57,735 bases of DNA, from the NCBI RefSeq assembly GCF_001194135.2, contig NC_068983.1, positions 116,297,881 through 116,355,615 on the forward strand, given 5' to 3'. Below the pieces are notes generated by a model. That model was not told where the DNA came from. It made no database searches and saw nothing but the letters and a program-made list of their open reading frames with translations. The position numbers were made by a program, and so were the translations under genes. This document shows, piece after piece, positions 1-12,325 of the stretch (within the stretch, counting starts at the first letter, position 1; every line of letters starts with the position of its first letter). The stretch is from Octopus bimaculoides (Eukaryota).

Positions 1-5
1 TATAT

Positions 6-391
6 AGGTGCAGCGTAGGTGTGTGGTATGAAGCTTGCTTCCCAACCACATGGTTCTGGGTTCAGTCCCACTGCGTGGCACCTTGGGCAAATGTCTTCTA
101 CAATAGTCTTGGTCTGACCAAAGCCTTGTGAGTGGATTTGGTAGATGAGAACTGAAAAAAAGCCTGTTGTATATGTGTGTGTGTATTTGTGTGTCTGTGT
201 TTGTCCACTCCACCATCTCTTGACAACCGATGTTGGTGTGTTTATGTCCCCGTAACTTAGCAGCTCAGCAAAACAGGCTGATAGAATAAGTACCGGGTTT
301 ACAAAGAATAAGTCCTGGGATTGATTTCTTGGATTAAAAAAGGCAGTCTCCAGCATGGCTGCAGTCAAATGACTGAAACAAGTAAAAGAAT
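6..391 (+). mobile_element. tRNA-derived SINE with internal (TG)n and tail ...cagcatggctgcagtcaaatgactgaaacaagtaaaaga
   Basis: A/B-box-like head (gtgtggtatgaagc...ggttcagtccc). The same head recurs at ~1815 and ~55362, and the same tail at ~990 and ~2210. Confidence 0.8.
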
Positions 392-854
392 ATAATTTTG
401 TATGATGCTGTCACAATCCAGCAAATCCTCACTTTGCAAACTTCTGGAAAGCTGAGCCCTGCTCTTTGGCTATAAACAAAAAAAGTACTTATCTTCCATT
501 ATTTTGGCCATGAAGTGTGGTGGCAAATTACATAGGTGTGAAAGAAAATGTAAATCATAAAAATTTTTTCAAAGCAAAATTTAGGAGGAGGNNNNNNNNN
601 NNNNNNNNNNNNNNNNNNNNNTTGAGCAATGTATATAAATATATATATAATAATCACTGATGTTTCAAACATATTTTATTGTAAAGACTTTCAAAAGCAA
701 ATTCAATGGAACATTATAAAGCAAACAACCTGATTTAAAATTATTTCATGCATTTTCTCTCTCTTAATCTGTGTGTGAGTGAATGTATGTATATCTGCAG
801 AGTCATAAAAAACATTGGATAGATTGTTTTGCAGTAATCATTCTGGCCCCTCTG

Positions 855-991
855 TGCTCTGAATTCTACCCTAGGTAGACCGATAGAATAAGTACTAGGC
901 TTCCAAAGAATAAGTCCTGGGGTCGATTTGCTCAACTAAAAGGCGGTGCTCCAGCATGGCCGCAGTCGGGTGACTGAAACAAATAAAAGAG
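855..991 (+). mobile_element. 3' fragment of the same SINE family
   Basis: gatagaataagtact...aagaataagtcctggggtcgatttg...ccagcatggccgcagtc...tgactgaaacaaataaaaga matches the tail of the element at 6-391. Confidence 0.75.
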
Positions 992-1070
992 TATATAAAA
1001 ATACACACACAAATATGCAAAAAATGCGCATACACATATTCTTAAGTATATTATGCATATGCATACATGC

Positions 1071-1104
<34 letters not shown>

Positions 1105-1814
1105 ACATTTACAAGATATATGTATACATGGAGTGAGACAAGCATTGTTACAGCAGTGGTTCATAAGAATGACACTCATTTTGCCCTTTTTGAAGTTTGT
1201 CATTGCTGTAACCTGTTTGTGTACTTGCTCAGATAAAGTCTGTGCTTCAATATAGTGGAAGCAGTGATGATATACATTGTGTTTTTAACATGACATGTAT
1301 GTAAAGAGATTTTCTCCCAGACAAAAACCACTGCATTATATCTTTCAAAAGTGTATGTACATTTAGTATGATACACAGAGGGCAATTTTAGTTTAATTGT
1401 GCTTTTATAGTGTCACCAACTTTTTGTTTTGTACATCCCAACAAGCTTTCTGCAATATCAGGGAATGTATACTTTGTTTCTTATATATATATAAATATAT
1501 ATATTGAAGCATTTATTTTGTTTCAGCACGTAACAAACTGGCATGCAGCATTGACAAGCCTCAGTGGGGTGAAACTTGTTTGTCATTCTTGTGAGTTACT
1601 GCTGCAATGATGGTTGCCTCTCTGAAATACATAGTGTTCTTTAATGCAAGTCTATGAACAAATTTTCTCTTAGACAAAAACCACATCGCCATACTTTTCT
1701 TTGGTTTATATGCATTTAGTATGATACACAAGTAGTATGTACACACATACACAAACGTAGATACATCATGTTCATATATCTGCATACACACTTGAGTATA
1801 TGAATGCACAAGTA

Positions 1815-2216
1815 TACATAGCTGTGTGGTAAGAAGGTTGCTTCCCAACCACATAGTTCTGGGTTCAGTCCCTCTGCATGGCACCTTGGGCAAGTATCTT
1901 CTCCAATAGCCTTGGGCCAACCAAATCCTTTTGAGTACATCTGGTTGGCAGAAACTTAAAGAAGCCTGTTATGTATGTATATATTTATATGTATCTTTGT
2001 GTCTGTGTTTGTCCCCCCATCACTACTTGATGACTGGTGTTGGTGTGCTTACATCCCCATAACTTAGTGGTTTGGCAAAAGGAAATGATAGAATAAGTAC
2101 TATGCTTACAAAGAATAAGTCCTGAGGTTGATTTCTTCAACAAAAAAAATCCTTGAAGGTGGTGTTCCAGCATGGCTGCTGTCAAATGACTGAAATGAGT
2201 AAAAGAATAAAAGAAT
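1815..2216 (+). mobile_element. Full-length tRNA-derived SINE (same family as 6-391)
   Basis: Colinear similarity to 6-391 from head (gctgtgtggtaagaaggttgcttcccaaccac) to tail (aaatgactgaaatgagtaaaagaat). Confidence 0.8.
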
Positions 2217-2265
2217 ACATATATATATGTGTATGTGCTGTGTGTGTATAAACATGGAAAATACA

Positions 2266-3157
2266 CAGGGTGTGGTGAATAAACTGTCATGTGAATTATG
2301 TAAAAATGAAAATAACACTGACATCTCATTTTACAGATATAAAAATATCTTGAAATACTAAAGAGTAAATTTTATTCAATAAAATCACCATTGGCTTCAG
2401 CTATGGCTTCAGGAAAACTTCAGAATCTCCTGCAACTCTTCTGGATGGTCTCCTTGTTTAAGTTAGTGAGAGCTGTCATAATTCTTGCCTTCAGCTCATC
2501 TTTGGTGTTACAAGGAGTTTTGTTGGTCTCTTGCTCAACTGCACCCCACACATAATAACGAAGAGTAAAGATCCTAATAATGTAGTGGGTTGCAGTCTGG
2601 AGAGTCAGGTGGCCAGATGTTAGGAGTGCTGTGGTCGCAGAAATTGCCTGACAACCATGACTGGGTCCTCCTGCTTGTGCGGTATGGTGCCAAGTCCTGT
2701 TGCCAGACAGGGTCTTCCAACAGCCACCCTCTTGACCCATAACAGCACAACCTCCTCCAGGCACTTGATGTAGGCCTCCATGTTGAGTGTGAGGCTGTGT
2801 GAGAAGATGAATGGAAGCATAATGTCACCATCACTAGTGATCACTCCAAACACCATGATGTTGACTGGATGTTTGTTTTTTACCACACTTAGTACATATC
2901 CTCAAATTGCACTGTCCTCAGATTGACACCCAAACACTTTGAAATGTTCATATTAGAGCTTCCAGCATGAATGCAAAGCAATACAGCATGTTGTTTTCAA
3001 ATTTCCGACAGAGTAAATTGCATAATGCTGCTGTTTTTCTCACAGATGGTGCCCAACTGGCCCTAGTATACTGTATAATCAACAAAATAAAGAAAAAACA
3101 ATGCGCATGCATGAGATTAAAAATATAAAATGGCGACAATTTACCCATTGCACCCAG
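2266..3157 (-). mobile_element. Internally deleted, frameshifted Tc1/mariner element of the maT (DD37D) type
   Basis: Imperfect TIRs cagggtgtggtgaataaactgtc and (rc) ctgggtgcaatgggtaaattgtc, with TA at 3158. Minus-strand ORF pieces KHPVNIMVFGVITSDG, WQQDLAP...WPPDSPDCNPLHYYVWG and KDELKARI. 37 residues separate the second D from the third catalytic position, which is now H. Confidence 0.85.
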
Positions 3158-3716
3158 TATATGTACATACAAACACGTAAAATATGTGTACATACAAACA
3201 TGTAAAATATATATATGTACATACACACACATGAAATATATGTATACACACACTCACACACACACAGATATATGTACACACTTAGTGTTTGGTTTATGCT
3301 TAACACATAAACCTTCAGCCTCTTTTCTTTTTTTTTAACCAAACATAACTCTCAATTTCATGCATCCTAATTTTTCCAACTATTATCTACATGGATTACC
3401 ATTGAACTTTAAAAGCTGAAAGACAATATAATGTATTGGTATATTTATTTTTTTATATATTATTTTTTTATATATTATTTTTTACTTTTTTGTAAAAAAA
3501 CATTTTCATTCTTCCTCTTCTTGAAAATTTGCCATGCAATGAAAGCCGGTTAGAAATCCTTTTTACACACCTATATTAAAATATGCTTTCAGTTTAGCAT
3601 TCTGCCTTATNNNNNNNNNNNNNNNNNNNNNNNNNNNNNNNNNNNNNNNNNNNNNNNNNNNNNNNNNNNNNNNNNNNNNNNNNNNNNNNNNNNNNNNNNN
3701 NNNNNNNNNNNNNNNN

Positions 3717-3747
<31 letters not shown>

Positions 3748-5211
3748 GTACATATAAGCATGTACATATAAGCATGTATGCACATTGAAAAATGTATATA
3801 CACAAACTCACATATTCTCATAAGTAGAAAGATAAATGTAGATTACTCTGATATTGAATTTAAGTATTTAAAATAATTGAAATAAATTAGTATGAAAGAT
3901 GATAATACAAATTAAACTGAGAGATTAATTTGTTATTTAGGGAGAATCTAACATAGAGCATATGAGCAAATATCCTATACTATCAGATTTCTCATGTTTT
4001 CTAATTATTAATATTATTTTTATCTAAGTTTATCTTTGATTTCATGAATAGTAAGACTATTTAATTTTTTGTTTTGTTTTTGTTTAGGATGGCAATTGTA
4101 ACAATATCATATTTTTTATAATAATCAGAGAACTGTGATAAACTTAAATAATCTTGACATGTACATACTGGACAATCCCTTTGGTCATTCTGATGTAGTC
4201 AGGCATGTCTTAAAATAAGGCATTCCAAGCTACATCCTCCGGCTATTAATTTTAGATTAAAACTGTATAAGAGTTAAGTTTTGAAATTTTATATGAGAAA
4301 ATGAATGACTGATTTATATTTTCAAAAATTTGTTGACAATATCCTTCTAACAGGTAATTTTTTTTATTACTCTAGAATTACCTACAGAAGCTTGTTTGGA
4401 TTGTTTAAGTTTTGTGTCTCGAGTCATCTGAATTGTTTGAATTAATACTGGAAGAATTTTTTATCCCCCTATATTATTACCATTTTTATAACAGTCATTA
4501 TTTTTGTTATTAGTAATATTAATATTATTGATTTTACTACTACTACTACTACTACTACTACTACAAATTTGGTAAAATTTTTGCTTAGATGGAAAATTTT
4601 CTTTGTGAATTAAAAAAAAAAGCATTTGGATTGATAGATTATTATAAGTTAAAATACCAAAAGTACTTTTATTTATTTTAGATGATGAATTAGTTGATGA
4701 TCTATCAACTGTTTTAGGTTAGGAGATCCTATGATTACTTTTATTATTAATCACTCTATAAATAGCATGTTCAGTATTGAAGTAAAATCTTATAGCATAA
4801 TAATTATGGTTATTGTTATTATTATGATTAGTCAAATAGAATTGTTTTATTTTTATATTTAGAAAAATTATAAGTGATATTTATGGTTTTAATCAACAGT
4901 GAGTTTAATTTACTAATAGAAATTTACTCTTTTGGTCAGTTACTGTCTTTTGCGCAATTTTTTTTTGAGATTATTAGAAAATGTGTCATTAAACAATTTA
5001 TTTCGAAAATGAAAATTAGATTGTCTATCTGTAATTGTCAGCTTGTTTTTTTTTTCCCTTAAGAATTTATAATTTTATCATTAGAACTTAAGAATGTTGA
5101 TCTGGTTAAGTATCATTTTGAGTTTAGTATTACAGATAAATTATTTTCTTGTCATACCCACTTTGCATTTAAGCAAAAGTATAATAGGCTGCATTATAAT
5201 TAAAAATCATT

Positions 5212-5390
5212 TCATCATTTAAATTCCCTTCTCCATGCGGGCATGGATTGGCTGATTTGATAGGATTTGACATGCCAGAGGACTGTACTGAGCTCTAATG
5301 TCTTCTTTGGCATGGTTTCTGCACATACCTTTCCTTATACAAACAACTTTACAAAGTGTACTGGGTACATTTTTGGTGGCACCAGTACTA
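5212..5390 (-). mobile_element. RTE-type LINE 3' UTR/tail fragment
   Basis: Reverse complement matches the tail at 39600-39838 (ccagtacactctgtaaagtggttgg ... catgccagcatgg ... taaatgatga). Confidence 0.6.
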
Positions 5391-5904
5391 GAGAGGTCAC
5401 CAAGTACTTGCAACTGAGTATTCAAGGAGGTGAAAATATGATAGAGGGACAAGAACAAGTATCTTGCTGAAGAGGAGAATACATGGCTTTCCCAGCTGGA
5501 GAGAAAGAAAGATAGAGAGAGATGGTGAGGCTGTACCCTCAAGGTACAAGGTGAATACCAGGGAGAGAAATGAAATACTACAACAGAAAAGATGGGTGGG
5601 TAGGTAAGGTTTTTGAGAGTATTAAAAGAGTGTTACAGATGATTAGACATTGGGATTGAAGTGGATGGAGTGAATAGCAATTTGGGGAAGGGGGAAGTGA
5701 AGAAAATAGGAAGAAAATAGAAATAGGGAAGAGGAGGACATAATCTGGGAGAGTAGTAGGAATACAATGTGAAGTGTAAGGGGATAAATGGTGTCATTTA
5801 CAGACCTGAGTGAGTAGTTCTGCAATAAGACTAATTAGAAAATTACTATTTTAAAATCTCACAACAAGAGATTTTCAGCAACAATACTTTGGAGTAAAGA
5901 TTGT

Positions 5905-6150
5905 TTGCCAACATAACATGGCAGTCCTTGTTTAGGACAAATGTTGCTGTAATTTAGCCCCAGGAGACATTGTCTCCAGCTGGCTATACGACACAGTGGT
6001 ATAATTCAACAAAGCACTCCTTCTGGTGAGAGTCAGATATTGCTGTTTAAGGATCCCAATACATATCTTCGGGTGCTACTAATAGTTTCACATGTCTGAA
6101 AATCCAAACACGGTCTTCAGGCACAGACCACTCTTCGTGCTGAAGTAAGA
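5905..6150 (+). mobile_element. Unclassified interspersed repeat (probable SINE remnant)
   Basis: GC/CpG-richer block (aatttagccccaggagacattgtctccagctggctatacgacac) within AT-rich intron, with no ORF. Family not assignable from this window. Confidence 0.35.
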
Positions 6151-6412
6151 ACTTTAAATATGGTGTGAGTTGTGAGAATATGTGAAAAAACGTGAAAAAA
6201 ATGGTAGCATATAGAAAATCCTAACTTCTAACTGGATAATGAAACCAGGAGACCTGATGTAAATATAAATAATGTATGAAATGAAATGTAAATTAAAAGT
6301 AAATTGTGTAAGGAGAGTAAAATTGTATATGAAAAATAAATGTATATTATATTTTATATATATTTTATTCATTTATTTTTCATATACATTTTTACACTCC
6401 TTACATAATTTA

Positions 6413-6635
6413 TTGGGCTGTCCGGAAAGTTCGTGCCGATTTATAGTAGCTTACCTTTTGATTTATAGTCGCTTACCTCAGTTCTGGAAAGTGGGTATTT
6501 TCAAGTTAAAGGAAAGATGGAGATGCATTGTGCAACAAAATGGTTCATATTTGGTTGATTAAAAATGTAATGGCAAGTATTTATTGATCTTTTTCTTTCC
6601 TTTAAAAATCGGCATGGACTTTCCAGACAACCCAA
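6413..6635. mobile_element. Mariner-derived MITE, 223 bp
   Basis: ~30-bp TIRs ttgggctgtccggaaagttcgtgccgattt / aaatcggcatggactttccagacaacccaa, flanked by TA at 6411-6412 and 6636-6637. Confidence 0.9.
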
Positions 6636-6639
6636 TACA

Positions 6640-7018
6640 TTTACACGTAAATTGCAGCATTTGAGCGGAATCGTTACCAGCGTCACCCAACTGGCACTTG
6701 TGCTAGTGGCACATGAAAAACATTCGAGCGAGGTCATTGCCAGTGCCGTTGGACTGGCTCCTGTGCCAGTGGCACGTAAAAAACACCATTTTGAGCATGG
6801 CCATGGCCATTGCCAGTACCTCCTGACTGACCCTTGTGCTGGTGGCATGTAAAAGCACCCACTACACTCTCGGAGTGGTTGGTGTTGGGAAAGGCATCCA
6901 GCTGTAGAAACTCTGCCAGATCAGATTGCAGCCATCTAGTTTTCCAGTCCTCAGTCAAATCATCCAACCCATGCTAGCATGGAAGGTGGACGTTAAATGA
7001 TGATGATGATGATGATGA
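6640..7018 (+). mobile_element. RTE-related non-autonomous element/3' UTR with three ~65-75 bp internal subrepeats and (TGA)n tail
   Basis: Subrepeats ccagNNNNNNNNactggc..tgtgc..gtggcac.t.aaaa at ~6678, ~6740 and ~6813. The tail cccatgctagcatggaaggtggacgttaaatgatgatg is shared with the RTE at 39220-39838. Confidence 0.75.
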
Positions 7019-9252
7019 TATATATATATATATGAGCGAGAGAGAGAGAGATGTATATGCATAAATATATGGATATGTATGTATATGATGGAGAAATGCA
7101 AGACAATGTAAGCTTGCATACATAGGTAGGAAGTAGTAGGAGAAAAAATTAGGAGTTAGAGGGGGAATGAATGAGAAATGAAGTGTGAGAAAGAAGCAGA
7201 TGAAGATGAGGTGTAGAGTAATTGAAGGTGAGTGGGGAACTGAAGAATAAAAATGGGAATACTGAAGTAAGAGGAGTGATGCAGTAGTAGAAGGAAAAAT
7301 ACTCATTTAAATTTGTTGGTTCCAAGATTCAATGCAAAATGTCTTTTCCATTTCATCGAATGCTTGGATCCATGACATATAGACTTAACACACACTGTAA
7401 GGGTATGGCAATAACCCTTTGTGTAGAAGTGGGTGGTGACAGGTTGCTTTGGCATATGTACAAACACACACATGCATATATGCACATACATGTGTAAACA
7501 ATATAATACACATTTATATACACACACCTGAATATGTGTACATACATGTACAAATGTGTTTCTATGTACACACATTGGCAACAAATTAGATATTTGAGAT
7601 TGTGTTGTAAGATATAGTTTGAATTGGCTGTGTGCTATATATCTTATTCATATTTTTTGAGTTATTTTTTTTTATTTATATATAATTTATTTATTTATAT
7701 GTTCTTTTCATTTTAACCATAAGCATGATTTTGTACATATTGTTCCTGTTAGTGTGTCATGACAGTTTTGTTAGCTCCTTCCTAATTTATCTAGTACCTG
7801 ACATTTACTATAATTATTGTCATTTTATGTATTTATTTCCTGAAAAAAAAAACTGAAATAAACTAGTTTTTTTTTTTATAATGAGGTTTAATAATTTAAT
7901 AATCCTTATATAAAATTAAATATACTTAAGGTTTTCATTTCTGTAATATTTATCTTACTCTTTCAAACTTATTCTATTACTAACCAGTTGATTGCTATGG
8001 GGAATTTATAAATATAACCTCATTGTAGGTATTTTTTCTTACATAAAAATATACAACTATTTTTTCCTTTTTTTTTTAAATATATAATTTACTCCTACAT
8101 ACTCCATCCAATACATTTCATAGAAAGTGAAAAATTTTTTTTTTACATAAATTCCATTGACTCATTAACATTCTTTGTCAGTCCATTTACTACATACAGG
8201 AATTATGTGAAAGCATCATTGTTTTCTTGACCAAACATTGACCTGTATGCAATATTCATTCTTTAGCGTTTTTTATTTTTGCTTTTTTTTCTCTCCTCCC
8301 TGCCTAACTTTTTTTTCTTCAGTTAACCTTGTATTCAAGAAAATTTCTTTTACTAGTTTCATTGACTTCATCAGTCTAGTACCAATCCAGAATGATTCAG
8401 AAACCCCATTGAAATTTAAATTATCATGAGTTGTACTTTAGACCTGTGCTTAGTTACTGTTTAGACAGAGAGACTTATGCTTTTGAATATTGGTAAAAAT
8501 TAATGAATATAGCCTTGCTGATAATTAATTGTAAGCTAATTACTTTCATCTCAACTAAACTTATCATATATTCATAAACATAAAAGACTATCATTGTTAA
8601 GCATTCAGTCAATTAATCACATCATATACATGTACTTTATTGCTTGACAATTCTTTGTCAGTAATATCTGTCGACTGAATTCGCTTTTTTGGGAAGATTG
8701 GAGTTGAATTTTCATGCTTTTCCCATAAATTAGTGCCGTTTCATACAGCTTGTCACAGGTATAAAATATTAGATTTTCCAAATTGTAATTATGCCTACTT
8801 GAGATTGCACGGCTTGAAACCAACAAAGGGAACTAGAAAAGGCTTTCGTCATTTTTGGTTTAGACAGCATTTGTACAATTTGTTTTGCATGATTTAGTAT
8901 AGAACAATCCCATAACTGCAATATAGTTCCTAAGCAATAATTGGCACTTTTAAAAAAATCAAGTAAACCCACCTAATGTTATAGAGCTCTTATTCTCACT
9001 GGTCAAATCAGCTTTTAGCATTGAGAATGTTTCCTGTCAATGTTAAATGACTTTAAGTTGTTCTTTGTGGTAATCTAGTTAATGCTATTTTCATTGTTAT
9101 TTTCTATCATTTTTCATATTAAATATTTTTTTTTATCTTGTATGTGAGTGTGTGTGGCTTGTATTCTTTCTTCCATATTTTATTAAATAAGTCTTACTAA
9201 AATAATATTTTGATATTTTTTGTTTTCCTCTTCCATGTTTTCCCTTCTACAG

Positions 9253-9297
9253 AGCGCTCCCATTCTGAAGACGAATACGACTACAGGTGGAAACGAT
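9253..9297 (+). CDS. ARHGEF7: Internal coding exon (45 nt, phase 1-1) of PIX RhoGEF, upstream of the GIT-binding exon: (E/K/Q)RSHSEDEYDYRWKR
   Basis: Polypyrimidine acceptor (tcccttctacag) and donor gttagt at 9298. 4 CpG in 45 nt in a CpG-poor background. Its final T joins AT of the 20338 exon to give an open frame (...RWKR-Y-DPVK...). ERSHSEDEY resembles the ERKPSDEEF segment preceding the GIT-binding domain in vertebrate beta-PIX (recalled, not aligned). Confidence 0.7.
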
Positions 9298-10396
9298 GTT
9301 AGTACGGCAAGAAGCTCTTAGTACTCACATGCGTGTCAGCGGATGTACTCCGTACCATTTCTTTTCCCTTGACCTTTGCATGCTTTTATATGTTCTACTT
9401 GACACTCCTCCCATTACCACTTTATTTTGTCTTTTATCTTCTTCACTGAATCCACTTTATATTTCACACTGCACTTCCTTGTTGTCGTTGGTTTTCAATG
9501 TAGCTTCTAGTTTCTATATTTTTTCGGGATTTGAAGCACTTTCCTTGTGTAGAAATTTTGAATTATGTAAACCAAATTCTGTGGCATAAGTCTTTGCTAC
9601 TATTTTTAATTATCTTTTCACCTGATAAGTTTATTTTCAAAAGTAAATTGGTCTTCCAAGTGCACCTTCTTCCTTAACAAATACTTAAACATGTTTGTTC
9701 AACATGTGGAGTGAAAAGTTTTATTATATTTTATTTACTACATATTGTTAAACTGTAAATATCAACTATTATTGCTAATTATGACTATAATATGAGGAAC
9801 TGCTCAAGTCCTGTAGCTGATGCTTTGTCATCACTGGCTGTGTTTAAATAGATTTTTTTCATTAATCACTCAGAGAAAGATTTGTTGACTTATAATTGAT
9901 TTTGTCAGTGAATAAAAAAAAATTCAGTGAAATGGTTAGATAACAAAACAAAAAAAAAAAATCCCCCAAAACTTAGCATTAGACTCATGACTTTTCATTA
10001 ATATGTTGGTGCATGGTTTAAACCTTGTGCAAATAGCATGAAATCGTTTCTGCATGTATTTGTGTTTGTGTATAGGTGTGCAATTTTATTAACTTTGTCT
10101 ATGATATAGCTAACGAGTGCATCACATTAGCAATTGAATGAAATAATGAAAAAAGAATACAATATTTGTAATTAATTGTTGTAGTAATGAATTTCTGAAT
10201 TACACTGCTTTAGTATATTGACATCCTTTTCACTCATTCTCTTTTAAAAATTGTTAATTTTCTAAAAGATTCTTATTTTGTCTATTAAAATAATGAAAGA
10301 GTCCTAATGATTCACTTCCAGAAACAAAGGAACAATTTTATATTTATGGTTATCAATTCTAGAATAAGTTTTTTCCCTTTTTTCTTTTCTTTAAAT

Positions 10397-10617
10397 TTAA
10401 CCCTTTTAGCATTCAGATTACTCTGGCAAATGCAATGCTCATTCACATTGTTGTGAATTAATCATGCTTTACTGCATAGCTTTGAGATTTCGCTGATGTG
10501 ATTATTTTTAGAATGACATTGTAGGGTAGATGTGCGAGGCTGGATCTGGCTTGTTTGAACATAAAACAGGTAGAACATTTTGACCAAATATGGCTGGTTT
10601 AAATGCTAAATGGTCAA
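10397..10617. mobile_element. TTAA-flanked (piggyBac-like) MITE
   Basis: Starts ttaacccttttagcatt and ends aatgctaaatggtcaa. A reverse-orientation copy lies at 15278-15456. Confidence 0.65.
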
Positions 10618-11196
10618 GATCAAATTCCTTCCAATGTTGTGCATACAAAGAGAAAATAGTCACACATTTTCAATGTCAGACTTCATTTTATTAAAGTTTG
10701 ATTTTTTGTTAGAAAAAATTTGCTCTAATGCAATTGATTTTTGTTAATGAAGCGTAACTTCAATAGGATGCTGCAAAATTCCATCTATGAGGTATTGTTG
10801 GATGGTAAAGCAATGAGATAAATATCCCAGTCTTGTGTTACAAAAAAAAAAAAGACCTACAAAAGGAAAAATTTCTTTTATCAACATATAGTTTTAGTAA
10901 GTTAGAAATATTTCTTTTGCATGTGAGCAAAAATGTAATTTGCAGCATGATGCTTAAAAGATTTTATGGATGTTTTAAGTGGGTTCTGATGCATTTCAGC
11001 CATCATGATTCTGAATAATAGTAACTTGCTGATTTGACATAAATGAAGACCTGCTGTTTGGAAATGTGTTACCAGCCTAAAAACACATTGTTGTGAAATA
11101 ACATATATATTTCCAAAAGGTTTAATGTCATTTATCAAATGTATGCAAATGCATTCAACAAAATTCATTATATGCCTTGTATTTTTGTTCATTATG

Positions 11197-12325
11197 TTCT
11201 GAATCCAAATCTCACTGAGGTTAACTTTGCTTTTCATCCCTCCAGGGTTGATGAAATAAAGAATCAGTGGATGGCATTGACTAAACCCCTTGTGTCCAAA
11301 GCAACACTATTATTATTATTATTATTATTATTATTGTTATTATTATTGTTATTATTAATATTATCATCATCATTAAGGTGTTGAGCTGGCAGAGTCATTA
11401 ACATGCTGAACAAAATGCTTAGCTGTATTTTGTCTGCCGCTACATTCTGCATTCAAATTCCACTGAGGTTGATTTTGCCTTTCATCCTTTTGGGGATGAA
11501 TAAATAAAGTACCAGTGAAATACAGGTTGTTGTTATCAACTAGTCCTCTCCCCACCAAATTTCAGGCCTTGTGCCTTTAGTAGAACCGAGGTAAACTTTG
11601 CCTTTCATCCTTTCGGGGTGAATAAATTAAGCGCCAGTGAAATACTGGGGTCAGTGTAATTGACTACTTCCCTCCCCCTTTGTGCCTTTAGTAGAAAGGA
11701 TTATTATTATTAAGGCAGCAAGCTGGCAGAAGCATTAGCAGACTGGACAAAATGCTTAGTGGCATTTCACCTGTCTTTGTGTTCTGAGTTTAATTTTTGC
11801 TGAGGTCAACTTTACCATTAATCCTTTTGGGGTTGATAAAATAAATACCATTTGAGCACTGGAGTCAGTCTGATTAACTTATCCACTCCCTTGAAATTGT
11901 TGGCCTTGTGCCAAAATTTGGAACCAATATTATTTTTAGGTGACCAGCTGGCAGAATTGTCAGAGAATCAGAAAAAATTGCTTTGCAGTGTTCCTTTTGG
12001 CTTTTTATGTTGCAAGTTCAAAACTTGCCAATGTTAGTTTTGAATTTCATCCCACTAAGGTCAATAAAATAAAGTACCAGTCAAATTCTCAGGTTGGTGT
12101 AACTGAATAACTCCCTCTCCTTAAAAATTGGTGTCATGCCAAAATTTGAAGCAAAAGTGGTAAACTAGCAAAATCATTAATGCATTGGACAAAATGCTTT
12201 GCAGCATTTCTTCTGGCTCTTTATGTCCTGAGTTCAAATATTGTTGAGGTCACTTTTGCCTTTCATGCTTTTGCTATTGATAAAATAAAAGTATTGAGTT
12301 AAATACTGGGGTTGATGTAAACTGA
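11197..12325 (+). mobile_element. Head-to-tail array of six diverged copies of a ~215-bp tRNA-derived SINE
   Basis: Recurring head aaggNNNNgagctggcaga..., B-box-like gttctgagttcaaat and core gaggtNNactttgcctttcatcctttNgggg, at about 11197, 11375, 11586, 11712, 11937 and 12153. (TTA)n spacers at 11308 and 11700. Confidence 0.8.
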
